Positions 1 through 12,518 of a stretch of 64,000 nucleotides of DNA are shown here, piece by piece (position 1 is the first letter of the stretch; every line of letters starts with the position of its first letter). The translations under genes and the position numbers were made by a program. Source of the DNA: Eledone cirrhosa (Eukaryota); contig OZ024762.1 in NCBI GenBank assembly GCA_964016885.1, positions 15,562,001 through 15,626,000 of the forward strand. The letters are read 5' to 3'. The notes beneath the pieces were generated by a model. That model searched no databases. It was not told the DNA's origin and saw nothing but the letters and a program-made list of their open reading frames with translations.

Positions 1-310
1 AAATGTATATGGTTAATTATAATAATTATGTGAGTAAACAAATATATAACCGTGTTTGTTAGACAAACTACGGGGAATAACTCTAAATTATATGAGCTAG
101 CACATCTCCCTTGCCATCGTCCGGGAAAACGTCTTCTCCATTCCGTCCCCCGCGGCAGTGGGGAGGCCGTCAATATGATTACTTAACCCTTTCTGAACCT
201 TATGGCACAAGGGTAACAGTGTCTCTTTCTCTCTGTATATATATGTGTGTGTGTGTCTTTCTCTCTGTATATATATATATATATATATATACAGAGAGAA
301 AGACAGACAT

Positions 311-398
311 ATTATGTATACTCCAGTCCTACAAACTGTAGAGTGCCTCTTATCCGATATCTGCATTGCTTTATTGTACTACAATAAAACTCACCTCC

Positions 399-451
<53 letters not shown>

Positions 452-944
452 ATATATATATGTGTGTGTGTGTATATATATATATGTGTGTGTATATATA
501 TATATATGTGTGTGTATATATATATATATATATATGTGGAAAATGTTCCATCATCACTGCCCAAATGATGTTGGCATCGCCTTCAAGATACACCCAAGGC
601 TTGGGCCCCGTGCTATCCGTCCCATTTAAAAATCTAAATCGCAACTCATAACAACAATACGGCACAATTATTTCACCTCAATCGGCCCTGCTCTCTTCAA
701 CATCACACCAGGACACGTCAAAACAGAAACTGACCACACAAAATTCAAGAAGTCTTTGGACAAATTCCTCCAAGTAATCCCGGACAAACCACCCACACCC
801 GGATATGTCTCCGCAAACAGTAATTCTCTTCTCGAATGGGCCATGGTGCCCAAATCCTGAATTGAAAGACTTCGCCAGGTGGTGCTATTAAGTTAGACAT
901 GGCCTGGGCCAATACTGGCCAAAACATTTCAAAGTTATTCAAAG

Positions 945-987
<43 letters not shown>

Positions 988-1077
988 GGAGGTGAGTTTT
1001 ATTGTAGTACAATAAAGCAATGCAGATATCGGATAAGAAGCACTCTACAGTTTGTGGGACTGGAGTATGCATAATAT
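311..1077. repeat. ~90 bp inverted repeat pair (311-401 / 985-1077) enclosing microsatellites and a LINE 3' end
   Basis: ATTATGTATACTCCAGTCC...AATAAAACTCACCTCCTACA recurs as its reverse complement at 985-1077; both copies end in (TA)n. Confidence 0.85.
537..946 (+). mobile_element. CR1/L2-group LINE ORF2 C-terminal fragment with 3' end
   Basis: Translates as ...[59 protein letters not shown] (FKxxLDxFL..PD.P..PGY motif); short TTCAAAGTTA tandem tail. Confidence 0.7.
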
Positions 1078-1104
1078 AAGATCAAAAGATCCATCTTTTG
1101 ATCT

Positions 1105-1162
<58 letters not shown>

Positions 1163-1369
1163 GTGTGTGTGTGTGTGTACAAATCAATCAGAGATCGTTC
1201 ATATTGATTTCATTCATTTTATTATGTACGGTGAGTGCAGTCTATTTAAAAGGAGAGAAGAAAGAAATATAGTTACCTATAAAGATTTCTTTAGGAGTGT
1301 CTCATTTATTTCGTTGTCGTTCCTTCAAATTACCGAACTATTTAGACAACACAGTAGGGTATTTAGAAT

Positions 1370-1655
1370 ACAGGATATAGTGTTAAAAGGGGACAGTGAA
1401 CCCGAAACTAAAGTTTCACAACATAGCGTTGGAAAGGAGGCAGATATCCCAACCTAGGGGTTCACACAAAATATAGTGTTAATGGGGACATATAACCTAA
1501 ACAAAGCTAAAGTTTCACAACATAGCGTTGGAAACGAGGCAGATGTCCCAACCTAGGGGTTCACACAAAATATAGAGTTGTTCGGGACATATAACCTAAC
1601 TTTCAAAACTTGCACAACATAGCGTTAGAAAGGCAGATACCCTAATCTACAAGAC
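1370..1655. repeat. Degenerate ~97 bp tandem repeat, about 3 copies
   Basis: CACAACATAGCGTT(G/A)GAAA...GCAGAT...CC(C)AACCTAGGGGTTCACACAAAATATAG recurs three times. Confidence 0.75.
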
Positions 1656-1920
1656 CAAGACAACTTTTCATGTTAATTCTTATTTTATGATGGTAAAATA
1701 CGACTACCAACGTTATTTTTGCAAACTCAACAAAGTGTCTAAATATAAGTTTGAAAGCAGAAGCAACGGAGATGAGTTCCAGCTAGATCCTGTTAACAAA
1801 ATCTCCATACGGTTTAACCATTTAGCATTTAAAACGGCCATATCCGGCCAGAATTTTCTCTTCAAACCAGCTGTAACTAGCCACTCATACTGATGTTAAG
1901 GTATTGTTCTCAAAATAAAT

Positions 1921-2052
1921 AATTGTTTCTACTTTTGGCACAAGGCCAGCAATTACCCAGTGCATTACTTGTACTTTATTTTATCGACTGGGTAAGGATG
2001 AAAGGGAAAGTTAACCTGGGCGGGATTTGAATTCAGACCATAAAGGGCCGTA
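1921..2052 (-). mobile_element. tRNA-derived SINE family A, truncated, inserted in the MITE
   Basis: Matches family A (TGTTTCTACTTTTGGCACAAGGCCAGC...GGATTTGAA); flanked by duplicated AAAATAAATAAT. Confidence 0.8.
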
Positions 2053-2129
2053 AAATAAATAATATAAAAATCTCATGGATTCGATATTATGTGAGATAAA
2101 ACCTTTACCTTGAAAATACAATAGTATTT

Positions 2130-2548
2130 ATATCCCGACGCTAAACTCCGCCAATTGCAAACTGCGCACCAACATGAGATATTTTTCTCAACAAAGTTTG
2201 ATCACCAACAGCAGGGTTTAAAGAGCAAAGTTCAAGTCCAGTCCATAGGTTGACATTATCAAGCCATCGTTTTGGCTGCCGGCCACAGCTTCTCTTACCA
2301 GTCAAACTTCCTTCCAGGCATAACCTACTCACACCACGAGTTCATCTTTTTATATGACCGTATAGTTTGAGTATTCTTGACTTGACAATTGATATAATTG
2401 GTCTAAGTTTGGTAAGGTTGAGCAGCTCACTGATAGAGATACGGTCACTGGGCGCTTGCCAGTCATAAGTCTCATGATGTGGTTGTGGAATGTAGAGAGC
2501 TTCTGAAGTGACCCTGTCGTCCAATTAACACAGTCAAGACTATATAAC
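2130..2548 (-). mobile_element. RTE-clade LINE 3' fragment
   Basis: Minus-strand frames give LKLYGHIKR..SRLCLEGSLTGKRSCGRQPKRWLDNV; ACAATAGTAT duplicated on both sides. Confidence 0.75.
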
Positions 2549-3719
2549 ACAATAGTATATATAGAGTAATGTAAATGCTAAAGGGTTACACGAGTCTCTG
2601 ATATCTAAATGGGTAAATGTCAGCAGAAAGGCACCCAGGAATGGTGACCTGGAATGCGACCTGGTCCCCTTAGAGTGTCAACAGTTAAGGACCAAAACAC
2701 TTGGTTAAGGATGGGGGATGGCTCTTCTTCGAAGACCTTCTGCTGTCCAGCTCCTCTGGGAGTTTCTTACAACTATATCATGGTTAGAATTCATATGTAG
2801 GATTAGGTAGCGAGACATATACGCATGAATGTGAGAGAATCTCGATTAAACCCCGGTTTACCGCGACCCGCAATGCAGAGGACAGGAAGATAAGCAAATA
2901 CTGGGGCTTGTCTGATCACTTCCTCTTCGCATTGTACGCCGTCGAGACCCCCAAGCGTCCTCGGACACCCCGCACAAGCTGACCATTAAGGTAAAGTACC
3001 AGTAATGTAGGGTATTGCTGGCCTTGTGTCAAAAGTAGAAACAATTATTAGTCGAAGGGCAGATAACCAATTCACCCATAGTGATTGAAACTATAGCGTT
3101 AGAGGAGCAGGTAACCAAACAAACAAAGCTATGAAAAGGGCAGATACACATGGCAGAATGAGTAAAACGGCAAATAAAATGTTCTTTATGATCTGAGTTC
3201 AAATCTCGCTGTGATCAACTTTACCTTTCATTCCTCTGTGGTCGATGTCGTATTGTTTTAATATTCCTATAAAGCATTCTAGATGTGAATGAAATTTAAA
3301 AATTGACGACCGAACGACAATTGAAGAGTGATAGAAGGGCAGATAACTTAATCTAGAGCTTCTAGGTATAGCGTTCAACGGGGCAGATAACCCAACCAAG
3401 CAGGTCAAAATGTAGTAATGTAAAGATCGTTAACTCAGCCTGAAAGAAATTATTAATAGTTGTTGGTTTTTTTAACGGACAAGATTTTTGATAAATGGAA
3501 ACAAATTTTATAAAATATACAACACAATAAGTTAGCATTGCAGAAACTTTATATAATAACTAAATTATTTGAAGCGTTTAGTTTCGTATTTCAACTTCCT
3601 GAGTTCCTTATCTTATTTGATGATTTTGAAGGAGTAGCCATAATGCCATATGGTGTATCTATGGCATTTTATAATTATAAATATATATATTGCCACGAAA
3701 AAAGCCATTAAAAAAACCG

Positions 3720-3935
3720 TGTAAGATATTTACGATTCCGCGAATATGCGGTGATTTCCACGAACAATTATTAGTTAGGTTCTAAGGAAAATACCGCGAA
3801 TGCGGCGGCGTTACACTGTACTCCTAAACATGACGTCATACTTCCTGCCAACTTCTGTGTTTGTATATGTCAGTTTCGTTGTTGACATTTCGTCTACCTT
3901 TTACGAAAGATCGCCAGTTTTAGGGAAACGGGGGG
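3720..3935. promoter_or_regulatory. Candidate promoter (CpG-enriched unique segment)
   Basis: Locally CpG-rich non-repetitive DNA; perfect CRE palindrome TGACGTCA at 3831-3838 next to ETS-like ACTTCCTG; lies 1.4 kb upstream of the candidate first exon. Confidence 0.45.
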
Positions 3936-4283
3936 CGGTTGTTTGTTTGTTTTTTTTTTATAAATAAATGAATATATAAAAATATGAAATAAATTTCTTC
4001 GAAGCTGAAACTTCGAAGTCACTGCTAACCTTTCTACTAATTACGTATTGCATTGCGTTGCTAGGTTACAAAGAATAACAAACCAATGCAGAATCCCAGT
4101 TAGACTTAAATTCTATATTTCTGTACGATGTTGGAAACGGAAGAAAAAATAGAGGGAAAACCCGACCAAGGGCCGAATGTGGGGGATTTTAATGAAAAAC
4201 CGGAGGTAAACACCCGTTTTATTTAGTTTTGGGGTTTTTTTTTTACTAAAATACAGACCACGTCAAACACAGACACAACCCAA

Positions 4284-4620
4284 CGAGGGAGCCTCTGTGA
4301 GTATAGACGTTCGACCTGCTAGAAATAGCAGCCAAATCTTTATTAGATAACACCCTGGCGTCTTAAAAGGATGCCCGGTCATTCCAGTGTCTTATCACAT
4401 GGTATTATCGACATAAAAGGTGATGCTCCTGATGAGGCCACTTCGTTATTCCAGTGTCTTAGCCACTCTATCACCTGGCATTATCGACATAAAAGGCAAT
4501 GGTCTTGGTGAGGGTACTTGGCTATTCCTAGTGTCTTAGTCTCGCTATCACCTGGCATTATCGACATATAAGGCAATGCTCCTGGTGAGGGTGAGGGTAC
4601 TTGGCTGTTCCTAGTGTCAC
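4284..4620 (+). mobile_element. SINE-like repeat (GACCTGCTAGAAATAGCAGCCAAATCT family) followed by ~65 bp degenerate tandem units
   Basis: The same motif recurs at 45240 (+) and in tandem at 18090-18450 (-); TTATCGACATA(A)AAGG repeated three times. Confidence 0.6.
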
Positions 4621-4761
4621 CCTCAACAATGTTGTAAGTATGCTGGCTTGTCTCAAAGATTATTAGAGGGAGGCTAGCTCCAGCACCCCTTATTGTGGCA
4701 CATGACGGTCTTCTTCCTCTATTTTCCTTCTGTTTTCAAGACTATGTATATATCTATAAAA

Positions 4762-5128
4762 GTTAACCTACAGTCAGTAGGCCCCTCCTAACCTACGACC
4801 CCTACTCCGTCCTCCCACTCCCACCAACACCACCATTTCTCTGTAAAGTTATGTTGGTACCACAACATCCAGTCCAAACTAAAGAGATCGTGTAGGTGTC
4901 ACGACAAAAATCACACAGTCCACGCTGTAAAGTGGTCGTGTAGGTAACACGGTAAAAAGCTCCCAGTCCACACTATAAATGTGGTTGGTGTTAGGAAGGG
5001 CATCCAGCCATAAAAAACCTGTCATATACAGACCTATATGAGCGAGATACGGTCACCCAATCAATCTTACCTCAAGTGGGACTATTCCCGTCTAACCTGT
5101 GCTAGCGTGGAAGATAGACGTTAAACGG

Positions 5129-5167
<39 letters not shown>
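4762..5167 (+). mobile_element. RTE 3'UTR-derived repeat with (GAT)n tail (family C)
   Basis: CCTACAGTCAGTAGGC...GGTGTTAGGAAGGGCATCCAGC...GACGTTAAACG(GAT)n; homologous to the 3'UTR following the RTE ORF at 11640-12046. Confidence 0.8.
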
Positions 5168-5168
<1 letters not shown>

Positions 5169-5292
5169 ATGTATATATAAAATAAACACACCAAACAATC
5201 GTTTTTTTTTTTTAAATCCACACGTGCTCTTCATCATTTCCAGATTTGCTTTTGCTGTGTAATCACAGATAGTTAAATCTCCTCCTTCGCCG

Positions 5293-5385
5293 ATGATTCG
5301 GGATTTGACTTGTGATTTCCGGATTAATGGTGAAATATATTTCTTTAATGAAATATATACAAAGGAGATTAATCATTATTGTAAG
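5293..5385 (+). CDS. Candidate first coding exon of the PIERCE-like gene (MIRDLTCDFRINGEIYFFNEIYTKEINHYCK)
   Basis: ATG at 5293, 31 open codons, AAG|GTATCT donor in phase 0 compatible with exon 23066; upstream acceptors TTTCCAG (5243) and ATCACAG (5268); unique sequence; no homology evidence for this part. Confidence 0.45.
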
Positions 5386-5612
5386 GTATCTATATTTGAG
5401 GTTCTCGTTAAATTTTAATATGTTACCTCCGTAACTATGTGTGTTTATACTCTTTACAAATTATCCCCTGTGATTGTTTGATGTGTTTATTTTATATATA
5501 TGTATGTCAATCGATTTTTAATTTAATGTTAATTAAATTCTTGGATTTATCCCTTAGAATCTTTGAGCTTATTCTACAGAGAGTATGGTGCATATCTTTC
5601 AGACAATTTTGG

Positions 5613-5662
<50 letters not shown>

Positions 5663-5666
<4 letters not shown>

Positions 5667-6335
5667 TCATCATCATCGTCATTTTACGTCCACTCTTCCC
5701 TGCTTGCAAGGGTGGGACGGGTCCTATTCAGCACAGCATCTCTCCACTTGTCACGGTCCTTTGTCATCTCCACCATGAGCTTCAGCGATCTGAGGTCTGC
5801 TCTCACCACCTCCACCCATGTTTTTCATGGTCTTCGTCTACTGCGTCTTCCTTCTACTGGGATTTCTTTGCACTTCTTTACCCAGCGGTCATCCTCCATG
5901 CATCACATGTCCATACCATCTCACTCTCCTCTCTCGCACACTACAACTTATCCCTCTTATACACACACAGTTCCTCTCTCAACTCATCTATGCTGGGTCG
6001 TTCACGCACATTGACATTGCACATCCAACGGAGCATGCTTGCTTCATTTCTCTCCAGCCGTCGCATATCCTCTGTAGTTGCTGCCCATGTCTCACTGCCA
6101 TGCAGCATCGCGCATCTCACACAGGCATCATGCAACCGGCCTTTCGTACGCAGAGAGAAACCCTTCTTTGTCAACAGAGGAAACAGCTCCCTAAACTTCT
6201 TCCAACCCGTCCTTATTCTAGATACTATGGCCTCAGAACACCCCCTCCCATGCTAATCTGACCACCTAGGTACCGGAAGCTATGAACCACTTCTATAGAA
6301 CCCACCTGCATTTAAAAAATGTGTCTATCACTGCG
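5663..6335 (-). mobile_element. RTE LINE 3' fragment, same family as 6918-9352
   Basis: KGFSLRTKGRLHDACVRCAMLHGSETWA...LERNEASMLRWMC; (GAT)n tail at the left end. Confidence 0.92.
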
Positions 6336-6685
6336 ATTACTACTGACGAAACTAACATAGGTAACAGTGCTAGGAGCGGTTGCATCTCAGCATACTCAAT
6401 AGGTAATGTTAAATAAACTCCCAGAATATACACATAGTTATTCACTTTGATACAGTGCACATAAATGGGTACCTTCAATTATATATATATATATATATAG
6501 ATAGATAGATATTAATATCAAATAACAGTTCACACATATATGTGTGTGTATGCATGCATATACATTGTTATAAGTGATATTTGCATAGAATCTTCAGAGA
6601 AGAACAAATTGTTTATACTGATGTTGCTGGAAGTTAGTCCAAATTATATGGCAGCAAACGAGAGTTATCTACACACATATATATA

Positions 6686-6897
6686 CAGGGTGTTTCAAAA
6701 TATTTGATATCAATGGCCTGTTCCCAAGGTTATCACATTGAAATATATATTGTGAATTAATGTTATAACGTGGACTTGTTTTGAGGAATAAATCTTGTGT
6801 TACTCAACATGGAGCCTGCTTAGTCTCATTGTCCTAGACCTTATAGTTTCTGGAATATTTACATCTCAAATGATATTAAATTTTTTGAAACACCCTG
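6686..6897. mobile_element. Tc1/mariner-type MITE (212 bp)
   Basis: TIRs CAGGGTGTTTCAAAA / TTTTGAAACACCCTG, each flanked by TA. Confidence 0.85.
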
Positions 6898-6917
6898 TAT
6901 ATATATATGTATATATA

Positions 6918-9352
6918 ACCACCTAATAACCTACAAATCAGGCGAGCACATAAGCCAGATTGACTTCTTACTAGTTAGGCAGCAGGACAGGCAGATGGTG
7001 TCACATGGGGAAGAATGTACCCCACAGCATAGGTTAGTCGTTAGTCGTTAGTGATATCTCAGTAAGCAAGAGATGGAATGAGACATACAGGAAGGTGTGG
7101 AGAAGAAAGGTCTGGAAGCTAAAGGACATTTCACTAAAATACAAATTTAGGAAAGCCCCTCAAGATGTGTATGACGAAAAAGAAGACAATTTAGAGACGT
7201 ATGACATAGATAATAACTGGAATTTCTTACGTGACAACTTACTGCAGGCTACTGATGAAACTTGTGGCTGGAGCAGAGCTCCAACGAGACAGAGAGTGAC
7301 CTGGTGGTGGAACAGCACAGTAGATAAGGCCATTAGAGACAAAAAACTAGCATGGAAGGCTTGGAAAAGGGGTGGGAGTAGAGAAGGATATACAGCCGCT
7401 AAGAGAGAAGCTAGACGTCAAGTGTACTTAGCACGCAGGGAGGCTGAGAGTAGGAGGTTTGCCAATGTTCTGCGACGGGAAGATCAGAGGCGTGTGGTGT
7501 TCCACATTGCAAGGCTGTGTGTCAATGCAAATCAGGATGTTGTTGGAGATAAATGCGTCCGGAATGATGCCGGTGTACTTAGTGTCACGAATGATCAGAA
7601 AAAGGAGGCCTGGAAATGTCATAAGAGACTGATGAATGTGGAGAACGAATGGAAGAGAGAGAAATTACCCTCAGTAGATCCGACAGAGAGACCAGCTATT
7701 GAGATTGACGAATATAGGGTCCAAGAGGCAATTAAGGAAATGAAAAATGGTAAGGCTGCTGGACCGTCGGGGATAGTTGCTGAGATGCTGAAGGCATCAG
7801 GGGGCGTAGGCACTAAACTGGTTGACCGCATCATCAATCAGGCTATATATGGTGGTGTCATACCCAAAGACTGGTGCAGCAGTATTCTCAAATTGCTACA
7901 AAGGTAAAGGGAATGCTCTGGAGAGGAGCAATTATAGGGGTATAAAACTGATGGATCAGGTTATGAAAGTGGCAGAATGGATATTAGCACAACTAATTAG
8001 AGAAAGGATCAAACTAGATAAGATGCAGTTTGGTTTTGTGTCTGGGAAAAGTACACAGATGCCCTCTTCTTGGTGAGACAATTACAAGAAAGGTTCTTAG
8101 AGAAGAATAAGCCACTATACTTAGCCTTTGTTGACTTAGAGAAGGCCTTTGATAGGGTACCCCGATCTGTCATCTGGTGGTCCCTAAGGAAACTAGGTGT
8201 TGAGGAATGGCTTGTGAGGACAGTGCAAACTTTGTACAGAGGTACTGTCAGTAAAGTGAGGGTAGGAATGGAGTTTAGTGAGGAATTACAGATACAAGTA
8301 GTACATCCAGGTTCAGTCCTCAGCCCGCTCTTGTTCATTATAGTCCTCCAAGCCATAACAGAGTTTAAGACTGGCTGTCCATGGGAACTTCTCTATGCTG
8401 ATGATCTGGTTCTTATAGCAGAATCAGTAGAGGAGCTAGAGAATAAATTCTGACTATGGAAACAAGAGGACTGAGAGTAAACCTAGCTAAGACAAAAGTG
8501 TTGATGAGTAGAAAAAAGGACAAAACTCTGATTCTGTCAGGGAAATGGCCATGTTCGATATCCAGAAAAGGAACTGGCATAAATTCTATAAAATGCACAC
8601 AATGCAGATCCTGGGTACACAAGAGATGTAGCGAGATAGCAGGCAAACTAACAGGTAGGGAGAAATACGTATGCAGTAGATGTACAGGGAAATTAGAGAG
8701 TAGAAGTCGCATTGATAGACACATTTTTCAAATGCAGGCGGGTGCTATAGAAGTGGTGGATAGCTTCCGGTACCCAGGAGATCAGATTAGCATGGGAGGA
8801 GGGTGTTCCGAGGCCATAGTATCTAGAATAAGGACGGGTTGGAAGAAGTTTAGGGAGCTGCTCCCTCTGCTGATGAAGGGCTTCTCCCTGCGTACGAAAG
8901 GCCGGTTATATGATGGTAGTGAGACATGGGCAGCAACTGCAGAGGATATGCGACGGCTGGAGAGAAATGAGGCAAGCATGCTCCGTTGGGTGTGCAGTGC
9001 CAATGTACGTGAACGACCCAGCATAGATGTGTTGAGAGAGAAACTGTGTCTGAGAGGGATAGAATGTAGTGTGCGAAAGAGGAGACTGAGATGGTATGGA
9101 CATGTGATGCGCATGGAGGATGACCGATGGGTGAAGAAGTGCCAAGAAACGCCAGTTGAAGGAAGACGTGGTAGAGGTAGACCACGAAAAACATGGGCGG
9201 AGGTGGTGAGAACAGACCTCAGATCGCTGAAGCTCACGGTGGAGATGACGAAGGACCGTGACAAGTGGAGAGATGCTGTGCTGAATAAGACCCGTGCCAC
9301 CCTTGCAAGCAGGGAAAAGCGGACGTAAAATGATGATGATGATGATGATGAT
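6918..9352 (+). mobile_element. 5'-truncated, frameshifted RTE-clade LINE (end of APE endonuclease, reverse transcriptase, C-terminus)
   Basis: HLITYKSG..SQIDFLL (APE end), [66 protein letters not shown] split over ORFs 7095-7907, 7822-8076, 8070-8453 and 8456-9328; (GAT)n tail. Confidence 0.95.
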
Positions 9353-9737
9353 GATATATATAGCTTACAAAAAAATATGCTGTAGAACAGAGTAAAGGAC
9401 AAACACAAAATAACAAATTAGTCACTGAGGAGGTCACAGAATGTGTGACGAAAGAGCTTTGTCAATGATGATATATATATATATATATATATATAGTCCG
9501 GTATCATCCCATCCTCCCCATTGCTGAGGGGGACTGTGGACAATAGCAATAATGGTGATATATATGATGCGCTGTATGTCCATAAATATTGTCAGAGATG
9601 GGGGGGGGGGGTGACATTGATGTGGTGGCTCATGAATCCTCTTCCACGATATCTGTGTGTGAAAGAAATTTATTGTATATCTTCTATGATATGTCAGTAA
9701 ATATATATATGTATATAATATATATATATATATATAT

Positions 9738-10290
9738 ATAAAGTATTAAAAAAATAATGAATAAAACAATGAAACAGTTCCTTATATTAAACAAAAAAAG
9801 TTCATTATTTAACGATCGTTTCTAGGACATATATGTGTTAGAATTGGCATGCATATTCAACAGATCTATGTACAAAATTATACAAAATTATACAAACTAT
9901 CAAATTTAATATACATACCAACACATACATATACCGTCTTCAGAAATAATATTTCTGAAGACGGCATATGTATGTGTTGGTATGTATATTAAATTTGATA
10001 GTTTGTATAATTTTGTATAATTTTGTACATAGATCTGTTGAATATGCATGCCAATTCTAACACATATATGTCCTAGAAACGATCGTTAAATAATGAACTT
10101 TTTTTGTTTAATATAAGGAACTGTTTCATTGTTTTATTCATTATTTTTTTAATACTTTATCTTGACTCTGTATTCCGTTTATCTTTCACCGAAAGTGATT
10201 TAGAATGCATCTCTTCATTCCATGATATCCGGATTACATTGAGTTCTTCATACGGATTGGACACTACCGTACACACTTGGTAGATTTATC

Positions 10291-10295
<5 letters not shown>
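9738..10295. mobile_element. Penelope-type fold-back element: ~420 bp palindrome (9738-10160) plus unique 3' end
   Basis: Arms almost perfectly complementary around ~9949; 3' part 10164-10295 recurs at 47556-47690; flanked by (TA)n. Confidence 0.8.
9951..10091 (+). ncRNA. Type I hammerhead ribozyme with very long stem II (mirror copy 9807-9947 on -)
   Basis: attt-CTGAAGA-[114 nt; catatgtatgtgttgg pairs with ctaacacatatatg]-GAAAC-gatc-GTT-aaat. Confidence 0.7.
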
Positions 10296-10339
<44 letters not shown>

Positions 10340-10341
<2 letters not shown>

Positions 10342-10549
10342 CGAAGGAAATGTGATAAGGAACCAGCTGGACCATAACGCACCAAAGTACTCAATACTTA
10401 GGATAGTAGAGTGGGTAATAGGAACGAGTAGGACCCCAACGGCTGAGCTCAAGCCGTTTCGACGGCTAATTCTTTTTTTTTTTTTTTTTTTAGTCCAGAA
10501 TTAGCCGTCGAAACGGCTTGAGCTCAGCCGTCGGGGTCCTACTCATTCC

Positions 10550-10550
<1 letters not shown>
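10340..10550. mobile_element. Fold-back repeat family carrying a hammerhead-like 3' half (related copies 29170-29380, 29713-29907, 30199-30338, 62107-62200, 62914-63112)
   Basis: Palindrome; GAA-ACGGCT-tgagctc-AGCCGT-C forms stem III plus a GUC triplet; no CUGANGA retained; flanked by (TA)n. Confidence 0.65.
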
Positions 10551-10596
<46 letters not shown>

Positions 10597-11461
10597 CGAG
10601 ATGTGTCAGAAAATTTCCAGGACTGATGTCACAAAAGATTTATTTCAAACCCAAACTTCACACTAAGAGTTTTCTCCTTCAAAGTAATCCCCCTGGAGTC
10701 TAATGCACTTTTCCATCCTTTTCTGCCACGCTTGCATGCACTCCTGGAAGGATTCTTCTGAGATCCTCCGCAGTTCCGTCGTCACGGCCTTTTTTATGTT
10801 GTCCACGTCTTCAAAACGGGTCCCCTCCGGGTCGTACTCGAACATCTATGACTCATCACTGGTGATGACTGTCCCTAGCAAGTCTGGTTCGGTTTCAAGA
10901 CGCTCGAGGATGTCCTGACACACTTGCATGCATCGACCTTTCTGGTCATCGTTCAGCAGTTTTGGCACCATCTTCGCGCAGACTTTCCGCATGTCTAAAT
11001 CTTCAGTGAGAATCTTCCAGACGCTGTCCCGATTCATACCCAGCTCATTTGCCATCAGTCGAACAGTCAGCCGACGATTGCTACGCACCATCTGCCTGAT
11101 GTGCTCAACATTGACCTCAGTCCTGGTTGTTGAGGGCCTTCCGTTCCTGGGGTCATCTTGCACCACTCAACAACACGTGAGCGTGACATCGTCTCATCTC
11201 CATACACTTGCTGCAGCAACCCCAGTGCTTCTGACGGAGTTTTCAAGTTTGTTCGTTGCTCTGTGCTCATTGCTTGACGACCTGAAACAGAGGACATGTA
11301 TATAAAATTATGCAGAAAAATGTTTGATCGCTGCAGAGAGCTAAGATTACAGTTACATACTCCAGGGGGATTACTTTGAAGGAGAAAACTCTTAGTGTGA
11401 AGTTTGGGTTTGAAATAAATCTTTTGTGACATCAGTACTGGAACTTTTCTGACCCACCTCA
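10597..11461 (-). mobile_element. Internally deleted mariner transposon with ~105 bp terminal inverted repeats
   Basis: DDPRNGRPST, RRLTVRLMANELGM, KVCAKMVPKLL, VITSDES.MFEYDPE fused directly to GTRFEDV...CIRLQGDYFEG; TA-flanked TIRs. Confidence 0.92.
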
Positions 11462-11528
11462 TATATATATATATATATGTGTGTGTGTATATATATGTAT
11501 ATGTATATAATGTATATATGTATATATA

Positions 11529-11566
<38 letters not shown>

Positions 11567-11639
11567 ATGTATATGTATATGTATATATATAAATATGTTA
11601 ATATGTATATATAAAATATATATGTGAATATATAGAAGA

Positions 11640-12046
11640 CTACGTTGGTATGGTCACGTGATGCGCATGAAAGATGACAGCTGTATAAAAAAGTGCAGGG
11701 CAATAAAAATAGACGGTAGCCACGGAGTAGGCAGACCCAGAAAAACCTGGGACGACTTGATAAATTCCGACCTCACACACTTACACCTCTCCAAGACAAT
11801 GTCACTGGACCGAGATCTTTGGCGCTACACAGTAATACAGAAGACCCACCTTACCTAAGTACAAAGTGAAACCTACTACAGTCAGTAGGCACCTCTAACA
11901 AAATACACCCTCGTCCCGCTACCCCACCCCCACCCCCCATCCAGTCCTATGCGAGCGAGACAACCACTCTTGCCTCAAGTGGGAAAACTCCCGTCCAAAC
12001 CCATGCAAGCGTGGAAGATGGACGTTAAACGATGATGATGATGATG
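11640..12046 (+). mobile_element. Second RTE family: ORF C-terminus, 3'UTR and (GAT)n tail
   Basis: [19 protein letters not shown]...GRPRKTWDD; tail GGACGTTAAACGATGATG. Confidence 0.88.
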
Positions 12047-12074
12047 TATATATATATATATATATATATAGAGA

Positions 12075-12518
12075 TTTTGAGTTTATGTTGGTTGTATACC
12101 AACACCTCAGTATGCAGGCTGGAGCACTCGACGAAGTGCGCAGGTTGGTTTGGTTACTCCGGAGTAGTGTAAAATAAAGTTAAATAAAAGTCAAATGATT
12201 AAAATTTAGCTTCGTTTATTACTGCTATATATATTTCAGTGACAGCCATCTTTGGCTGTGACCTCTTCAGGCAGTTTGAATTAGTATGGTATAGACAAGT
12301 ACATATGACTCCAGTTCCCCAGTGAATTAACAACCCAGCAAGGAACTGGGCATATCAGAGTATTGACAATATCATACACCTAAACAACATATGTACTTGT
12401 CTATACCATACTAATTCAAACTGCCTGAAGAGGTCACAGCCAAAGATGGCTGTCACTGAAATATATATAGCAGTAATAAACGAAGCTAAATTTTAATCAT
12501 TTGACTTTTATTTAACTT

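Larger units (their letters stand above)
1813..2588. mobile_element. piggyBac-type MITE containing nested SINE and RTE insertions
   Basis: Ends TTAA-CCATTTAGCATTTA ... TAAATGCTAAAGGG-TTAC; same body as copies at 22523, 23182 and 35365. Confidence 0.8.

Noticed and set aside
4425-4460. CTGATGAGGCC as a hammerhead start
   Set aside because: No downstream GAAA box closing a stem II; lies in a degenerate tandem repeat
6918-9352. Active autonomous retrotransposon
   Set aside because: 5'-truncated, with multiple frameshifts and an in-frame deletion relative to the 5663-6335 copy
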